Virus record (IMG/VR): IMGVR_UViG_3300008107_006173
From: a virus
Taxonomy: Duplodnaviria; Caudoviricetes
Strand: one strand, 5' to 3'
Length of the DNA stretch: 64,000 nucleotides
Both the position numbers and the translations under genes were made by a program. A model generated the notes under the pieces. That model ran no database searches and was not told the origin of the DNA. It saw only the letters and a program-made list of their open reading frames with translations. Position 1 is the first letter of the stretch. Every line of letters begins with the position of its first letter. Below are positions 9,526 through 18,988 of this stretch, one piece after another.

Positions 9526-9810
9526 TTACTTCTTTGTCTTTTTTACAGCAGCTTTTGCTTTACCAACAGCCTTTTTTGCGCTGGTCTTGGCCTTCTTAAC
9601 ACCTTCAACAGCGTCACCTAGATCAACCTTGCCATCCTTGTTGAGATCAAGATCTTTCTTGGCTTCTGTCTTTAATGTTTCAACAGCCTTTTCAACGGTT
9701 AAAGATTCTACTGTGTCCTTAACTGAAGCACCACCAACTAGTGTTGTATATGCCCAGTAAAGGATACCAGCAGCCGCTGCCACTAATCCAATTAGTAGTA
9801 ATGTGCTCAT
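9526..9810 (-). CDS. Membrane-anchored protein with EF-hand-like loop and Lys/Ala tail
   Basis: N-terminal TM; DLNKDGKVDLGD; KKAKTSAKKAVGKAKAAVKKTKK. Confidence 0.7.
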   Translation of the reverse strand: MSTLLLIGLVAAAAGILYWAYTTLVGGASVKDTVESLTVEKAVETLKTEAKKDLDLNKDGKVDLGDAVEGVKKAKTSAKKAVGKAKAAVKKTKK

Positions 9811-10742
9811 TTTTCGCTCCTTAGTCTATAGTCAAGTTGTTTGAGACCTTCATATCGAGTCTGGTCTAATGGGTGATCTAAGTTAAAGGGATTAGCCCTC
9901 TTATAAGTAGATCCTTTGACCCTTTCAGCAATAGCATCTAGTATTTTTTTATCTTCTGCTTTTGCACTAACAAGACTGTTACGTCTCATAAATGCAAAAA
10001 GCCCAATATCAAAATGCAGATAACTAAAACCAAATTGGTCTTCGTCACCATTTGCAATACCTAACCCATCTGTAGGTACAGCGGTAATTATGCTCTTTGG
10101 AACCTGCATTAAATTAGCTAGTGCAGGAACTTCCCAGCTTTTAGTTAAACTCTGAATAGGTGCAACATCACCAACATCACCATGTAGCGTCCAAAAGCCT
10201 GCTGCTAGTTCACTGAAGTTGTCAGTACTGGCAACAAAGCCACGATGTACACCTGCAAGGTTGTATAATGTAATCATACGCAATCTTGCTCGTATGTTGC
10301 CCCGGCGCATAGCAATTGATCTATCAGAGCCGGACAATGATGTGTCACTGGTTTCGGAAATATCTTTAACTAAAAATTCATACTGTTTAGTTAAATCAAC
10401 ATTAACATGTTCAATATTCAGTGCATGGCATGCTTCAACCCCGCGGGCTGTTTCTACAGGATCTTGCAAAATTGGTAATGTTACACCAACAACACGATAG
10501 CCTGCTTCGTTGAATAGTGCAGCAGTTAAAGCTGAATCTATTCCGCCACTCATACCGATAACAACAGTACTGGTATTGTATTTGGCTTTATATTCTTCTA
10601 AACCACGAATTAATCGTTCTCTTAGAAGATCTATATCGTTATGATATACACCAAAACCTATAAGTTCAACGAGTTTATTTTTAAACCAGTCAGAAAGTAC
10701 AGGTTGTCTATTGAGTTCTAAAATTTTGTTTAGTGTGTTCAT
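9807..10742 (-). CDS. nadE: NH3-dependent NAD+ synthetase
   Basis: GMSGGIDSA, GNIRARLRM, TDNFSE..AGFWTLHGD, PTDGL. Confidence 0.9.
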   Translation of the reverse strand: MNTLNKILELNRQPVLSDWFKNKLVELIGFGVYHNDIDLLRERLIRGLEEYKAKYNTSTVVIGMSGGIDSALTAALFNEAGYRVVGVTLPILQDPVETARGVEACHALNIEHVNVDLTKQYEFLVKDISETSDTSLSGSDRSIAMRRGNIRARLRMITLYNLAGVHRGFVASTDNFSELAAGFWTLHGDVGDVAPIQSLTKSWEVPALANLMQVPKSIITAVPTDGLGIANGDEDQFGFSYLHFDIGLFAFMRRNSLVSAKAEDKKILDAIAERVKGSTYKRANPFNLDHPLDQTRYEGLKQLDYRLRSEK

Positions 10743-10802
10743 GTATGATATATTTACCCAAAAAAATATTTTAGTTTAAATAAACAGGTTTAAACAGAGC
10801 TT

Positions 10803-11291
10803 TTAATGAATTAATTTTAGATATTCAACCACAGTATCAGCTAGCTGATTACGGTCCCAGTGTTTTTCAAAACTTTTTCCATCAGCAGAGTGCAAGTTAA
10901 AATATTCTAGTAGATGACTGGGTAAATGCCATTGGCAGACTAAAATGCTGCCTTCATCAGTTTCATCTATTCTAACTTTAGATCTACCTTTAGGTAAACC
11001 ATATGGATCGTCTTTATAACCTGCGTCGTGTAGCCACATCGCCGCATCGGGTAATAAAAAGATATCTAAGTCGATGAAAGTTCGAGCTAGAAAACTTTTA
11101 GATAATAGTTGATATAGCTTATCTAATTCTTTTTTAGATATTTTTTCAGCTGTAACTTTGTTTAGTTCTCTGGTTGTAGGCAAATACCATTTTATTATAC
11201 CTACTCCACTATTGCTTCTATATTCAACTTTGAATCGATCTTCATTCACCCACTGTGTGTTGTTCGTAAGTGTTATTGTATTGCCTACCAT
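10803..11291 (-). CDS. Hypothetical protein
   Basis: 162-aa ORF. Confidence 0.6.
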   Translation of the reverse strand: MVGNTITLTNNTQWVNEDRFKVEYRSNSGVGIIKWYLPTTRELNKVTAEKISKKELDKLYQLLSKSFLARTFIDLDIFLLPDAAMWLHDAGYKDDPYGLPKGRSKVRIDETDEGSILVCQWHLPSHLLEYFNLHSADGKSFEKHWDRNQLADTVVEYLKLIH

Positions 11292-12297
11292 TATTAACCT
11301 GTATAAATGTAGTTCTTTTACTTAGCTCTTTGAGGCTAACAGCACCAACATAAGTGCAAGTACTCCTAATGCCGCCAAGAATGTCGGCAACAATGGGTTC
11401 AACACTACCTCGATAACGAACCTGTACCACACGCCCCTCGCTTGATCTATAATCTTTGAAACCATTTCCGTTTTTCTCCTGTGCAGCCTTACTGCTCATG
11501 CCGTAGAATTTAACACGGCCATCTTCCACTGTTCCGCCTCCCTCATCACACCCGGCGAACATTCCGCCAAGCATTACGAAGTCAGCGCCTGCGCCAAAAG
11601 CCTTAGCTACGTCACCAGGACAAGTGCAACCACCATCAGCAATAATATGCCCACCAAGCCCATGAGCAGCATCTGCACATTCGATAACCGCAGATAGTTG
11701 CGGATAACCCACTCCAGTTTTAATGCGAGTAGTACAAACACTACCGGGACCAATGCCAACTTTAATAATATCTGCTCCACGTAAGATTAACTCCTCTGTT
11801 ACATCGGGCGTTACTACGTTGCCTGCAATAATAGTAATATGTGGATATTTGTCTCTGAACTCAGCAACATAATCAATAAACTTTTCACTATAACCGTTAG
11901 CAACATCAATACAAACAAATCTGATGCCCGGGTTGAGCTCTAATACTTTATCAATGTTTTCTTGATCGGCTTTTGTGATTCCGGTACTTACAGAAATGTT
12001 TTTTAGAAGTTCTGGATTCCAATCCTTTGAATTCATCCAGTGGTTTATATCCTTAGCTGAGTAGCTTTTGTTTAGTACAGTGAATAGATCAAACTTAGAC
12101 AAAGTTGTAGCCATGGAAGTCGTACCCACACCGTCCATGTTAGCTGCCATAATAGGTAATCCTGTGTATGTGTGTTTACTATTACGGAAGGTGTAGGTAC
12201 GCTCCAAACTTACATCTTTGCGACTGCCCATGGTGCTTCGTTTTGGACGAAACAGCACATCGCAGTAATCTAATTTAATATCTCGCTCAATTCGCAT
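11242..12297 (-). CDS. guaC: GMP reductase
   Basis: [48 protein letters not shown]. Confidence 0.95.
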   Translation of the reverse strand: MRIERDIKLDYCDVLFRPKRSTMGSRKDVSLERTYTFRNSKHTYTGLPIMAANMDGVGTTSMATTLSKFDLFTVLNKSYSAKDINHWMNSKDWNPELLKNISVSTGITKADQENIDKVLELNPGIRFVCIDVANGYSEKFIDYVAEFRDKYPHITIIAGNVVTPDVTEELILRGADIIKVGIGPGSVCTTRIKTGVGYPQLSAVIECADAAHGLGGHIIADGGCTCPGDVAKAFGAGADFVMLGGMFAGCDEGGGTVEDGRVKFYGMSSKAAQEKNGNGFKDYRSSEGRVVQVRYRGSVEPIVADILGGIRSTCTYVGAVSLKELSKRTTFIQVNNGRQYNNTYEQHTVGE

Positions 12298-12298
12298 A

Positions 12299-12721
12299 TT
12301 AGTTTTCTACTACTTGTTCCAGACTAAGTTCACCATGGAAATATACTTCAGTATCGTCTTGTTCCCATCCAAGATTTTCTACGCCTTCGCTAAAATCTTC
12401 TTCCCAAGCATCAATTACTTCCTGTAATTCTTCTTCTGTTACATCAGGAGAGTTAGCTAGCCATTCGCTATTATCACCATCCCAAAAACTATCCATTTCC
12501 ACGTCTAGAATATTTTCACCGTCTACTAAGGAATACACATCCAAACCGTCGTCATCAGCATTCTCTAGATCAATTTCGGGTGCTGCATCAGTAGCAGTAG
12601 TAAGAGTAACGCTGCCGCCTCGCCACCAAACATTATACTGAATTACTTTACCATCTTTGGTCCAAAATTCAACTTCTTGGATGCTCTTCTTGTACACGGG
12701 CATCAAAGTCCAAACTGCCAT
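12299..12721 (-). CDS. Hypothetical acidic protein
   Basis: 140-aa ORF with GAGG RBS and upstream TTGAC/TATACT promoter-like sequence. Confidence 0.75.
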   Translation of the reverse strand: MAVWTLMPVYKKSIQEVEFWTKDGKVIQYNVWWRGGSVTLTTATDAAPEIDLENADDDGLDVYSLVDGENILDVEMDSFWDGDNSEWLANSPDVTEEELQEVIDAWEEDFSEGVENLGWEQDDTEVYFHGELSLEQVVEN

Positions 12722-12845
12722 AATAAAAATCCTCTTAAAACTAATTTATAAAGTCTATATAGTATATAAGATTTAAACTACAAAGTCAAGAAAATTCTGG
12801 TTTCCTGTACCCAGTAAACCACATAATAAAATTCTTTTCATGTTA

Positions 12846-13541
12846 TTAATCCTCTGCGACGATTCGCGCAAAATATTTTCTAGATTTTATGTAATCTATT
12901 AATTCATAGTCAGCTGGCTTGTAATAATCCTTGAACCACTCTCTGTTAGCAAACGATACTTCATAACTTTGCTCAAAGTTAAACTGACTTTTACTTCTGC
13001 TTTTAAATGCAGACTGATCTTCAATTTCAATATTGAAATACTTTTTTAGTGCTGCTGTTAAATCTTTTAGTTCAACTGCTAGCACTACATTAGTTTCAAG
13101 TACTTTGTACTTGGCAGGGCCGCCCAACCAAAAAGTTAAACTTTTTGTAACTAGGTTAAGAGGACTTGTATTCTCATCAAATTCCTTACGAAAATTTTCG
13201 TCTGTTCTTAACTTTGTGATAAAATCGTTGGGTGTAGGTGTTTGTTCAAATATGTTTTTTTCAAAATCTGTGTGAGCTATGCCTCCTACATAGTAGGGTT
13301 TATTTTCATCTAATAGGCTAAGTTCTTTTCTTAGCTCGTAATTCTTACGCCCCCAAAAGCCGCTGCAAAATCTTTCTATTGGATCTCTGATTGTAAACAT
13401 TGTACCAGGACCACTGTGTGCTAGTGTGATTGCGTGATTTTTATGAACATACAAACCACATTCTGAATTATCTTTAACATAATTCTTTATTGCAGTTCCA
13501 CCAGTTTTAGGAATATGTAAAATTTTAATTTTACGCCGCAT
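12846..13541 (-). CDS. Sulfotransferase-like protein
   Basis: ILHIPKTGGTAI (5'-PSB loop) and IRDPIERFCS (3'-PB). Confidence 0.75.
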   Translation of the reverse strand: MRRKIKILHIPKTGGTAIKNYVKDNSECGLYVHKNHAITLAHSGPGTMFTIRDPIERFCSGFWGRKNYELRKELSLLDENKPYYVGGIAHTDFEKNIFEQTPTPNDFITKLRTDENFRKEFDENTSPLNLVTKSLTFWLGGPAKYKVLETNVVLAVELKDLTAALKKYFNIEIEDQSAFKSRSKSQFNFEQSYEVSFANREWFKDYYKPADYELIDYIKSRKYFARIVAED

Positions 13542-13902
13542 TGTATAACATTACCAAAATAACTATATATGTTACAAAATGTAAAAATTGATCTGTGCCA
13601 AATAATATCCAGTATTTGGTATCATTGACTGTATAATTTTTTGCCTTCTGAATTTTACTCTTAACATAGTCAACATGATAATGTGCTATGCTATCAAAGC
13701 AGGCTACTAACAATACTGCCGCTGGGCTAAAGAAACCAAATAAAACTATAGCTGTACCAACTCCGTGCATACCTGCATGGACAAGGCCTCCTCCTCCACC
13801 GTAAATGTGTTTATCAGCAAACATAAAAGACCTTTGTATATAAAAGTCTACAACTGTATGCTTGAACATTAACAGCGTTAGTAAAAAAAGGATCTCATTC
13901 AT
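13531..13902 (-). CDS. DUF3307-type membrane protein
   Basis: H..DF..Q, HAGMHG, HYHVD..K, DQFLH. Confidence 0.75.
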   Translation of the reverse strand: MNEILFLLTLLMFKHTVVDFYIQRSFMFADKHIYGGGGGLVHAGMHGVGTAIVLFGFFSPAAVLLVACFDSIAHYHVDYVKSKIQKAKNYTVNDTKYWILFGTDQFLHFVTYIVILVMLYNAA

Positions 13903-14306
13903 AGGTCTCCCTTTTGTCTGTTCTCTGAATAGAAAGCATCAAAACTGCCACCGGGATATCGTGCTTCAAGCTTCTTAACATTTTCAGCAATAACAGCATT
14001 TGGATCTAGTCCTAGTGCGTTACATGCATTCATCCAATACCACATGATATCACCTAGTTCACGCTTCATATGAAAGATGTTATCTTCGTCAAGTGGCTTG
14101 CCTTGAAAGAAAATCTTCTTAACAATCTCGTTAAACTCGCCGCCTTCACTGGCTAGTCCAATTCCTGATGTTAGCAATAATGGAACATTTACATTAGTAC
14201 TGTTATGTAACTTCCGGACATGCTCAACAAACTCTTCAGCATCTTTGCTTTGCTTAGAACAAATTGTTAAAACAAATTCTGCATACTTATTCAAATCAAT
14301 ATTCAT
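13899..14306 (-). CDS. mazG: MazG-like nucleotide pyrophosphohydrolase
   Basis: GLASEGGEF.EIVKK...RELGDIMWY...NVKKLEARYP; start moved to 14306. Confidence 0.9.
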   Translation of the reverse strand: MNIDLNKYAEFVLTICSKQSKDAEEFVEHVRKLHNSTNVNVPLLLTSGIGLASEGGEFNEIVKKIFFQGKPLDEDNIFHMKRELGDIMWYWMNACNALGLDPNAVIAENVKKLEARYPGGSFDAFYSENRQKGDL

Positions 14307-14325
14307 AAAACACCTATTAGTTAAA

Positions 14326-14475
14326 TTAACTTGCACCCCAATTGTCTTCGTCGCTGTACGGATCTCGACAGTTATGCCAATTAGGTAATAATACTTGTAG
14401 TAGGCGACCTAACCAACCTACATGTTCGCCACAAAGTTGACAACACCAACTAGGAAACTTCTCTGCTTTTTTCAT
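14326..14475 (-). CDS. Small Cys-rich protein (49 aa, absent from ORF track)
   Basis: MKKAEKFPSWCCQLCGEHVGWLGRLLQVLLPNWHNCRDPYSDEDNWGAS fills the gap between neighbours. Confidence 0.55.
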   Translation of the reverse strand: MKKAEKFPSWCCQLCGEHVGWLGRLLQVLLPNWHNCRDPYSDEDNWGAS

Positions 14476-14683
14476 TTAATTTTTCTTCTAACGCTCTGAT
14501 GCGTTGGTTCATAAGTGTGAGCAAACGACTGCTGTCTGCATCAAGTGGAATGGCAAGACTAGTAATAGCTAAACCCTCCAACTCGTCAATTTTAGCATTA
14601 AGGTCGGCAATGATATTATCTTTCTTTCGAAGTGTGTCAATCAGTTCCGCTTTGGTCATTTGTGTTGTGCTTTTTGTAGTCAT
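14450..14683 (-). CDS. Coiled-coil hypothetical protein
   Basis: 77-aa heptad-rich ORF. Confidence 0.6.
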   Translation of the reverse strand: MTTKSTTQMTKAELIDTLRKKDNIIADLNAKIDELEGLAITSLAIPLDADSSRLLTLMNQRIRALEEKLNEKSREVS

Positions 14684-14748
14684 AAAAATGCGCCTTGAAA
14701 TACATACATACTTACAAGGCGCATTAATTAAACTGATGTTTTTATGGT

Positions 14749-15009
14749 TTACTTGTTGCTTTTAGCTACAGGCTTGAACCAATCAGACTTTGTAATTTCT
14801 AAAAATGATTTATTTGCCTCTGAAAATAACTGTAGAGACATTGTGGTTGCTAGGCTTGAAAAATTCTTAGCTGCTTCTTTGGTATAAGCAGTCTGAGCAT
14901 CGACAAACTTTAGCATTGAATTTTTGATTGCTTCGTTGGTAACAAAAGAATTAACAGCATTCTTTTTTACATTCTGTACTGAGTCGATAAATGTTTCTGT
15001 TGTCAACAT
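14749..15009 (-). CDS. Phasin-like protein
   Basis: 86-aa all-helical amphipathic Ala/Thr/Ser-rich sequence (FIDSVQNVKK..FVDAQTAYTKEAAK); AAGGA RBS; PhaR-like box upstream. Confidence 0.5.
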   Translation of the reverse strand: MLTTETFIDSVQNVKKNAVNSFVTNEAIKNSMLKFVDAQTAYTKEAAKNFSSLATTMSLQLFSEANKSFLEITKSDWFKPVAKSNK

Positions 15010-15031
15010 ATGGATTCCTTTCCTTAAAAAA

Positions 15032-15136
15032 TTAGAGTACGCTAAAAATAAAAGCGTAACCTACTAACATCAACAATGATAGTGTTGTGATGTGAGCCGC
15101 TCGGCTTACCCTTGTTATGGTTCTTCCGTGTTTCAT
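15032..15136 (-). CDS. Small membrane peptide (34 aa)
   Basis: MKHGRTITRVSRAAHITTLSLLMLVGYAFIFSVL with AGGA RBS. Confidence 0.45.
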   Translation of the reverse strand: MKHGRTITRVSRAAHITTLSLLMLVGYAFIFSVL

Positions 15137-15186
15137 TATTTTAATCCTGTCTGCTTGTGTTATTACGGATTTATTTATGCAAATTT

Positions 15187-15201
15187 TGCTGCGTTGCAGC
15201 A
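15187..15201. promoter_or_regulatory. PhaR-like operator palindrome
   Basis: TGCTGC-GTT-GCAGCA, fits CTGC-N3-GCAG; about 9 bp upstream of ATAAATA (15172-15178, minus). Confidence 0.55.
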
Positions 15202-15219
15202 TTTTTTGAGCAAAATATT

Positions 15220-16020
15220 TTACCTAATGATTTTATTTTTCTTTACTGCTTGATCAAGCACAGAAAGATCAATTGAGTTTTCTTTGGCATAGGAAAGTAG
15301 ACCTGCTGTATCTTTTGGAAAGCAATGTCCGCCAAAGCCAAACTTACCATCCATTCCTGGTACACGCAAATGGCTATCACCTATGCGTGAATCACGCTGT
15401 AGCATATCTGTGAATTGTTCCCAAGATGAATCTGCACCGCTGGCTTGGTGTAGTTTATGAATTTCATTCATGAATACAACTTTAGTTGCTAGCCAACTGT
15501 TAATTGTATATTTGAGTAAGCTAGCACTTACCATATCTGTCTTAAATGTAGGAACAATCTTTACATGACTAAATTCAACATATGCTCGTTCTACTGCTTC
15601 ACAGTTATTCCAGTGACCTCCTAGAATCTGCATAGGTGGGTTGATGAAGTCGTTGTGTGCATTAGCTTCAGTTAGAAACTCAGGATTGTATACCAATTGC
15701 ACATTATATTGTTGATCAAATCTTGTTAGATGATCAGGTGTAATAGTGCTTTTGATTACAACAATGCCCTGGTAGCCAAACTTATCCAAATCAGATAGTA
15801 CGCCATCTACAATTGATACATCCACAGATCCGTCTGAGCTTTCTGGTGTAGGTACACATACAAATATTAAATGCGGATCGTTTTCTACCATTTGCTGTAG
15901 TGTGACTACAGTCTTCTTTGGGTCAACTACCCACATATCAACATTAGGAGTGTTAAAACCATTAATAACTGCACCGCCAACAAAGCCGCTACCAACTACA
16001 CCTAACTTTAGTTTCATCAT
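15220..16020 (-). CDS. ugd: UDP-glucose/GDP-mannose 6-dehydrogenase (lacks C-terminal domain)
   Basis: GVVGSGFVG, FVCVPTP, IKSTITP, YNPEFLTE, GFGGHCFPKD. Confidence 0.9.
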   Translation of the reverse strand: MMKLKLGVVGSGFVGGAVINGFNTPNVDMWVVDPKKTVVTLQQMVENDPHLIFVCVPTPESSDGSVDVSIVDGVLSDLDKFGYQGIVVIKSTITPDHLTRFDQQYNVQLVYNPEFLTEANAHNDFINPPMQILGGHWNNCEAVERAYVEFSHVKIVPTFKTDMVSASLLKYTINSWLATKVVFMNEIHKLHQASGADSSWEQFTDMLQRDSRIGDSHLRVPGMDGKFGFGGHCFPKDTAGLLSYAKENSIDLSVLDQAVKKNKIIR

Positions 16021-16259
16021 TCTCTATTTCCTAACTTCTTAAACGCCTTTGCGGTTTTTTGTTCTTCCACCCATTCTTCTTCACCGTGGTACATAGGGCA
16101 CCTAGCTAATGCTTCGTCGAGGGCAAACTTTATTTCATATAATCGTTGTTTGCAATCCCAGCCAATAAAGCCATCCATTCTAGGATCAGTGGCAACATGT
16201 TCATATTGCCAAATCTGTTCCTTTACTTTATTAACACCTAGTTTTTCTATGAAGGGCAT
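16017..16259 (-). CDS. Hypothetical protein
   Basis: 80-aa ORF. Confidence 0.65.
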   Translation of the reverse strand: MPFIEKLGVNKVKEQIWQYEHVATDPRMDGFIGWDCKQRLYEIKFALDEALARCPMYHGEEEWVEEQKTAKAFKKLGNRE

Positions 16260-16702
16260 ACTTGCTTTACATCTATGTTACACTTTTCTAAAAATTCAAT
16301 ACCTGCTGTGCTGCGATACCTGTGCTTATAATAGACCTGCTTGATACCTGATTGGTAAATTAGTTTAGCACAATCAATGCAGGGTGCATGAGTACAAAAC
16401 ATTGTGGCGCCTTCGCCAGCTTCTGTACTCTTAGCAAGTTTACTAATAGCATTTGTTTCAGCATGAAGTACTTCGGGCTTGGTTTTTAAGATAATGTCTT
16501 CTCCAACTTCAGCCTCAACAACTAGTTCGTCCTCGCAGGTATTATCCCACCCACTAGGCATACCATTGTAACCAATAGATATAATACGATCGTCTTTAAC
16601 AACAATCGCACCAACTTGTAGTCTTTTAGCTGTGCTTAATTTAGAGAACCTGTCAGCTACATCCATGTAAGCCAAAATAAATTTATCTTTGATAATCGTC
16701 AT
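16247..16702 (-). CDS. dCMP deaminase
   Basis: VGAIVV..IISIGYNG, HAETNAI, PCIDCAKLI; start shortened. Confidence 0.92.
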   Translation of the reverse strand: MTIIKDKFILAYMDVADRFSKLSTAKRLQVGAIVVKDDRIISIGYNGMPSGWDNTCEDELVVEAEVGEDIILKTKPEVLHAETNAISKLAKSTEAGEGATMFCTHAPCIDCAKLIYQSGIKQVYYKHRYRSTAGIEFLEKCNIDVKQVCPS

Positions 16703-16883
16703 CCCAATATTCGTCATCGTAGTCATCGCTGCCCTTACTACTCCAATCTGTACGCATCCATTCCTTTTCAAGATCTGGCTCTCCCCAGATACGATCCATC
16801 TTCTTTTGATGGTCGGAGTCCTTGAGTCTTCCCCGTTTCAGATCCGGCTCGAAACGCAACCGGTTTTTTCTTCTATCGCTCAT
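16683..16883 (-). CDS. Hypothetical protein
   Basis: 66-aa charged ORF below a TTGACT-N17-TATAAT promoter. Confidence 0.6.
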   Translation of the reverse strand: MSDRRKNRLRFEPDLKRGRLKDSDHQKKMDRIWGEPDLEKEWMRTDWSSKGSDDYDDEYWDDDYQR

Positions 16884-17011
16884 GATAGGTTTTTTAAGTT
16901 TACCTCTTTAAGTTACAAGTTTCTGGTAGTACTTTACCATTACAACTATTATAGCACCTATGCTATAAAAGTCAACTCTGCAAAATTACTTACCTAAAAT
17001 GTATCTTTTCT

Positions 17012-17365
17012 TTACTTTTTCCACTCAAATTGCCAGCCGCGAAGCTCTGTTCTAATTAGACTGGTTGAGGGTTTTAGGTTTCCTAGACTTAGGTTAATCC
17101 ACGCAAGGTCATTGTCGCTGTCCATTTTAGCATAAACTCTAGTATAGGTTTTAGTTAGTGTTGCTTGATGAACTTTTTCTACTTCTACTTCATTGACTGT
17201 TTCTAAACCTAAATCAATGCCACTTGACTCAGTCCAGTAGTTGATGTCTTGCTGTAGATTGCTTACTGCTTCTTGAAACAGGTCATGCTTTAGTTTGAAG
17301 TCAGAGTCATTCTCTACTCGACGTATGTAATCTTTGTCTAGATCAACTAACAACAGCTTAGTCAT
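17012..17365 (-). CDS. Hypothetical protein
   Basis: 117-aa ORF. Confidence 0.65.
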   Translation of the reverse strand: MTKLLLVDLDKDYIRRVENDSDFKLKHDLFQEAVSNLQQDINYWTESSGIDLGLETVNEVEVEKVHQATLTKTYTRVYAKMDSDNDLAWINLSLGNLKPSTSLIRTELRGWQFEWKK

Positions 17366-17367
17366 AG

Positions 17368-17841
17368 CTAGTCCTTGTATCGTTTAGCATTTTCATCCTG
17401 CCATACACGCTCGCGTAGATTACTGCTGCTGAAACTGTGATCTCTGCTGTTGAACACTAGTTCAATTCCACGATCAAAACAAATGTCCTTGCCTGTAAAG
17501 TCTTTGTTAGCGTACTCTACACCCAAGATGCGTACATCAATAGGTAGTGTTAACAGAATGTCTTGTAGGTCTTTTTCTGTTTGGTATACAACAATTTCAT
17601 CTACGAAACGACATGCACTGACCTGTATCTGTCGCTCTAGAATACTCTGAACTGGAGGATTCTTTGAGTCTGGCCTATCAATTGTAGGATCAGTTTGCAG
17701 TCCTACAATTAAGTAGTCGCAGTGATTCTTTGCTTCGCTGAGCATGGCAATATGCCCAGCATGGAATAGATCAAATGTGCTGAATGTAATGCCGATTTTC
17801 TTACCCTCGGCTTTGAGTTGTTTAACTTTGTTGAATATCAT
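17368..17841 (-). CDS. Glycerol-3-phosphate cytidylyltransferase-like (TagD family)
   Basis: TFSTFDLFHAGH (HxGH), VGLQTD, RDHSFSSS. Confidence 0.88.
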   Translation of the reverse strand: MIFNKVKQLKAEGKKIGITFSTFDLFHAGHIAMLSEAKNHCDYLIVGLQTDPTIDRPDSKNPPVQSILERQIQVSACRFVDEIVVYQTEKDLQDILLTLPIDVRILGVEYANKDFTGKDICFDRGIELVFNSRDHSFSSSNLRERVWQDENAKRYKD

Positions 17842-18173
17842 TTTAGTAATTCCTTAATATCATTTGAGATGGGCTCTTTTAAAAAGGGACTAACATCGGA
17901 GGTTCCTCTGTTTCCTGTAGGAGTCCTTCCTGAAAAATGTCCAATCGGCGCAAGTATTAATCGCAGTAATTGTCCAAATATTTCTTTAATGTTACCAATT
18001 TTGATAGCATAAACAAGCATACTCACATGTGACTTCAGATGCCCAAAGAGATTTGATTGTGCTACTATATGAATTCTTTGAAGATGACCCCAACTTTGCT
18101 TAATATCTCCTAATTCCGATGCTATATAAAATTTTTGATACTCATCAGAAATGAATTTATTGTTGAATATCAT
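17838..18173 (-). CDS. DUF3703-like protein
   Basis: WGHLQRIHIVAQ..HLKSH..ML, GQLLRL, PTGN.G...VSP. Confidence 0.75.
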   Translation of the reverse strand: MIFNNKFISDEYQKFYIASELGDIKQSWGHLQRIHIVAQSNLFGHLKSHVSMLVYAIKIGNIKEIFGQLLRLILAPIGHFSGRTPTGNRGTSDVSPFLKEPISNDIKELLK

Positions 18174-18519
18174 GATTACGCTTTCCGCTGACTAATACTT
18201 TAATTACCTCTAGATCACGCATTGCGTCCTCTAAAATAGGATACTGTTTTGCAAGTTCTTCTAGTTCTTTTTCTTCCGTCATCTTCTTACGAGCCCAATC
18301 AATTGCAGCTTCGGCAGCGGGTGTCATGCTAACCTGAACATGGCCTTGCTGTAGTTCGCGCCACACTTGGCCGTCATATACCTCAATGCTTTGTGCGTTT
18401 GGGTTGAAACGCATGTCGCCTACATTTAAGTAGCCAGAAGAGGTGTTGAAATAGTTGGTACTAGGAGTACCGCCCTGCACATATAGGTGCTGACCGCCGC
18501 CTGTAACTGTCTTAATCAT
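18157..18519 (-). CDS. Hypothetical phage protein
   Basis: 120-aa ORF, GDMRFN..QSIEVYDG..W. Confidence 0.7.
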   Translation of the reverse strand: MIKTVTGGGQHLYVQGGTPSTNYFNTSSGYLNVGDMRFNPNAQSIEVYDGQVWRELQQGHVQVSMTPAAEAAIDWARKKMTEEKELEELAKQYPILEDAMRDLEVIKVLVSGKRNHDIQQ

Positions 18520-18872
18520 TGATTGAGTTTCTCTTGAATGAATACAGCGGTTAGTGCTTCTTCTAGATTATCATCATCGCGAATAATATAAGTGTTATCA
18601 CGGTGCCGATCAACTTTACTGTTGTACTTGCTTACAGATATAATGTGTCCGCCGATGGCTTTATCCAATCGTAGTGTGATACGCTCATCGCTGGTGTGGT
18701 CTCTACCAATGCTACTGTTCAATGGGGTGCATTCGCTGCCTGGATCATTTTCATTTTCCCATGCTTCACGACACCACTGTGCAAACTTTCTTTTAAACCA
18801 ACCCATCTTTTTAGCCTTTCTAACCTTTCTTGGTCTAATGTAGTCAACCTGACTTTTAGCTGTGCTATACAT
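18516..18872 (-). CDS. Hypothetical protein
   Basis: 118-aa ORF. Confidence 0.7.
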   Translation of the reverse strand: MYSTAKSQVDYIRPRKVRKAKKMGWFKRKFAQWCREAWENENDPGSECTPLNSSIGRDHTSDERITLRLDKAIGGHIISVSKYNSKVDRHRDNTYIIRDDDNLEEALTAVFIQEKLNQ

Positions 18873-18988
18873 ATTGTGTTACCTTATTATAGAGTACGAT
18901 TGCTAGTTTTATATCTGCAAGTGTAACATAATTCTAACCACTTGTCAATGATAAATATTAGATATGCTTGCGATCTTCTGGAGTTAAT

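Noticed and set aside
9807-10742. NARP1/NARP2 NAD-reconstitution pathway
   Set aside because: No Adps, Namat or Nampt motif recognised nearby; NadE alone is not that pathway
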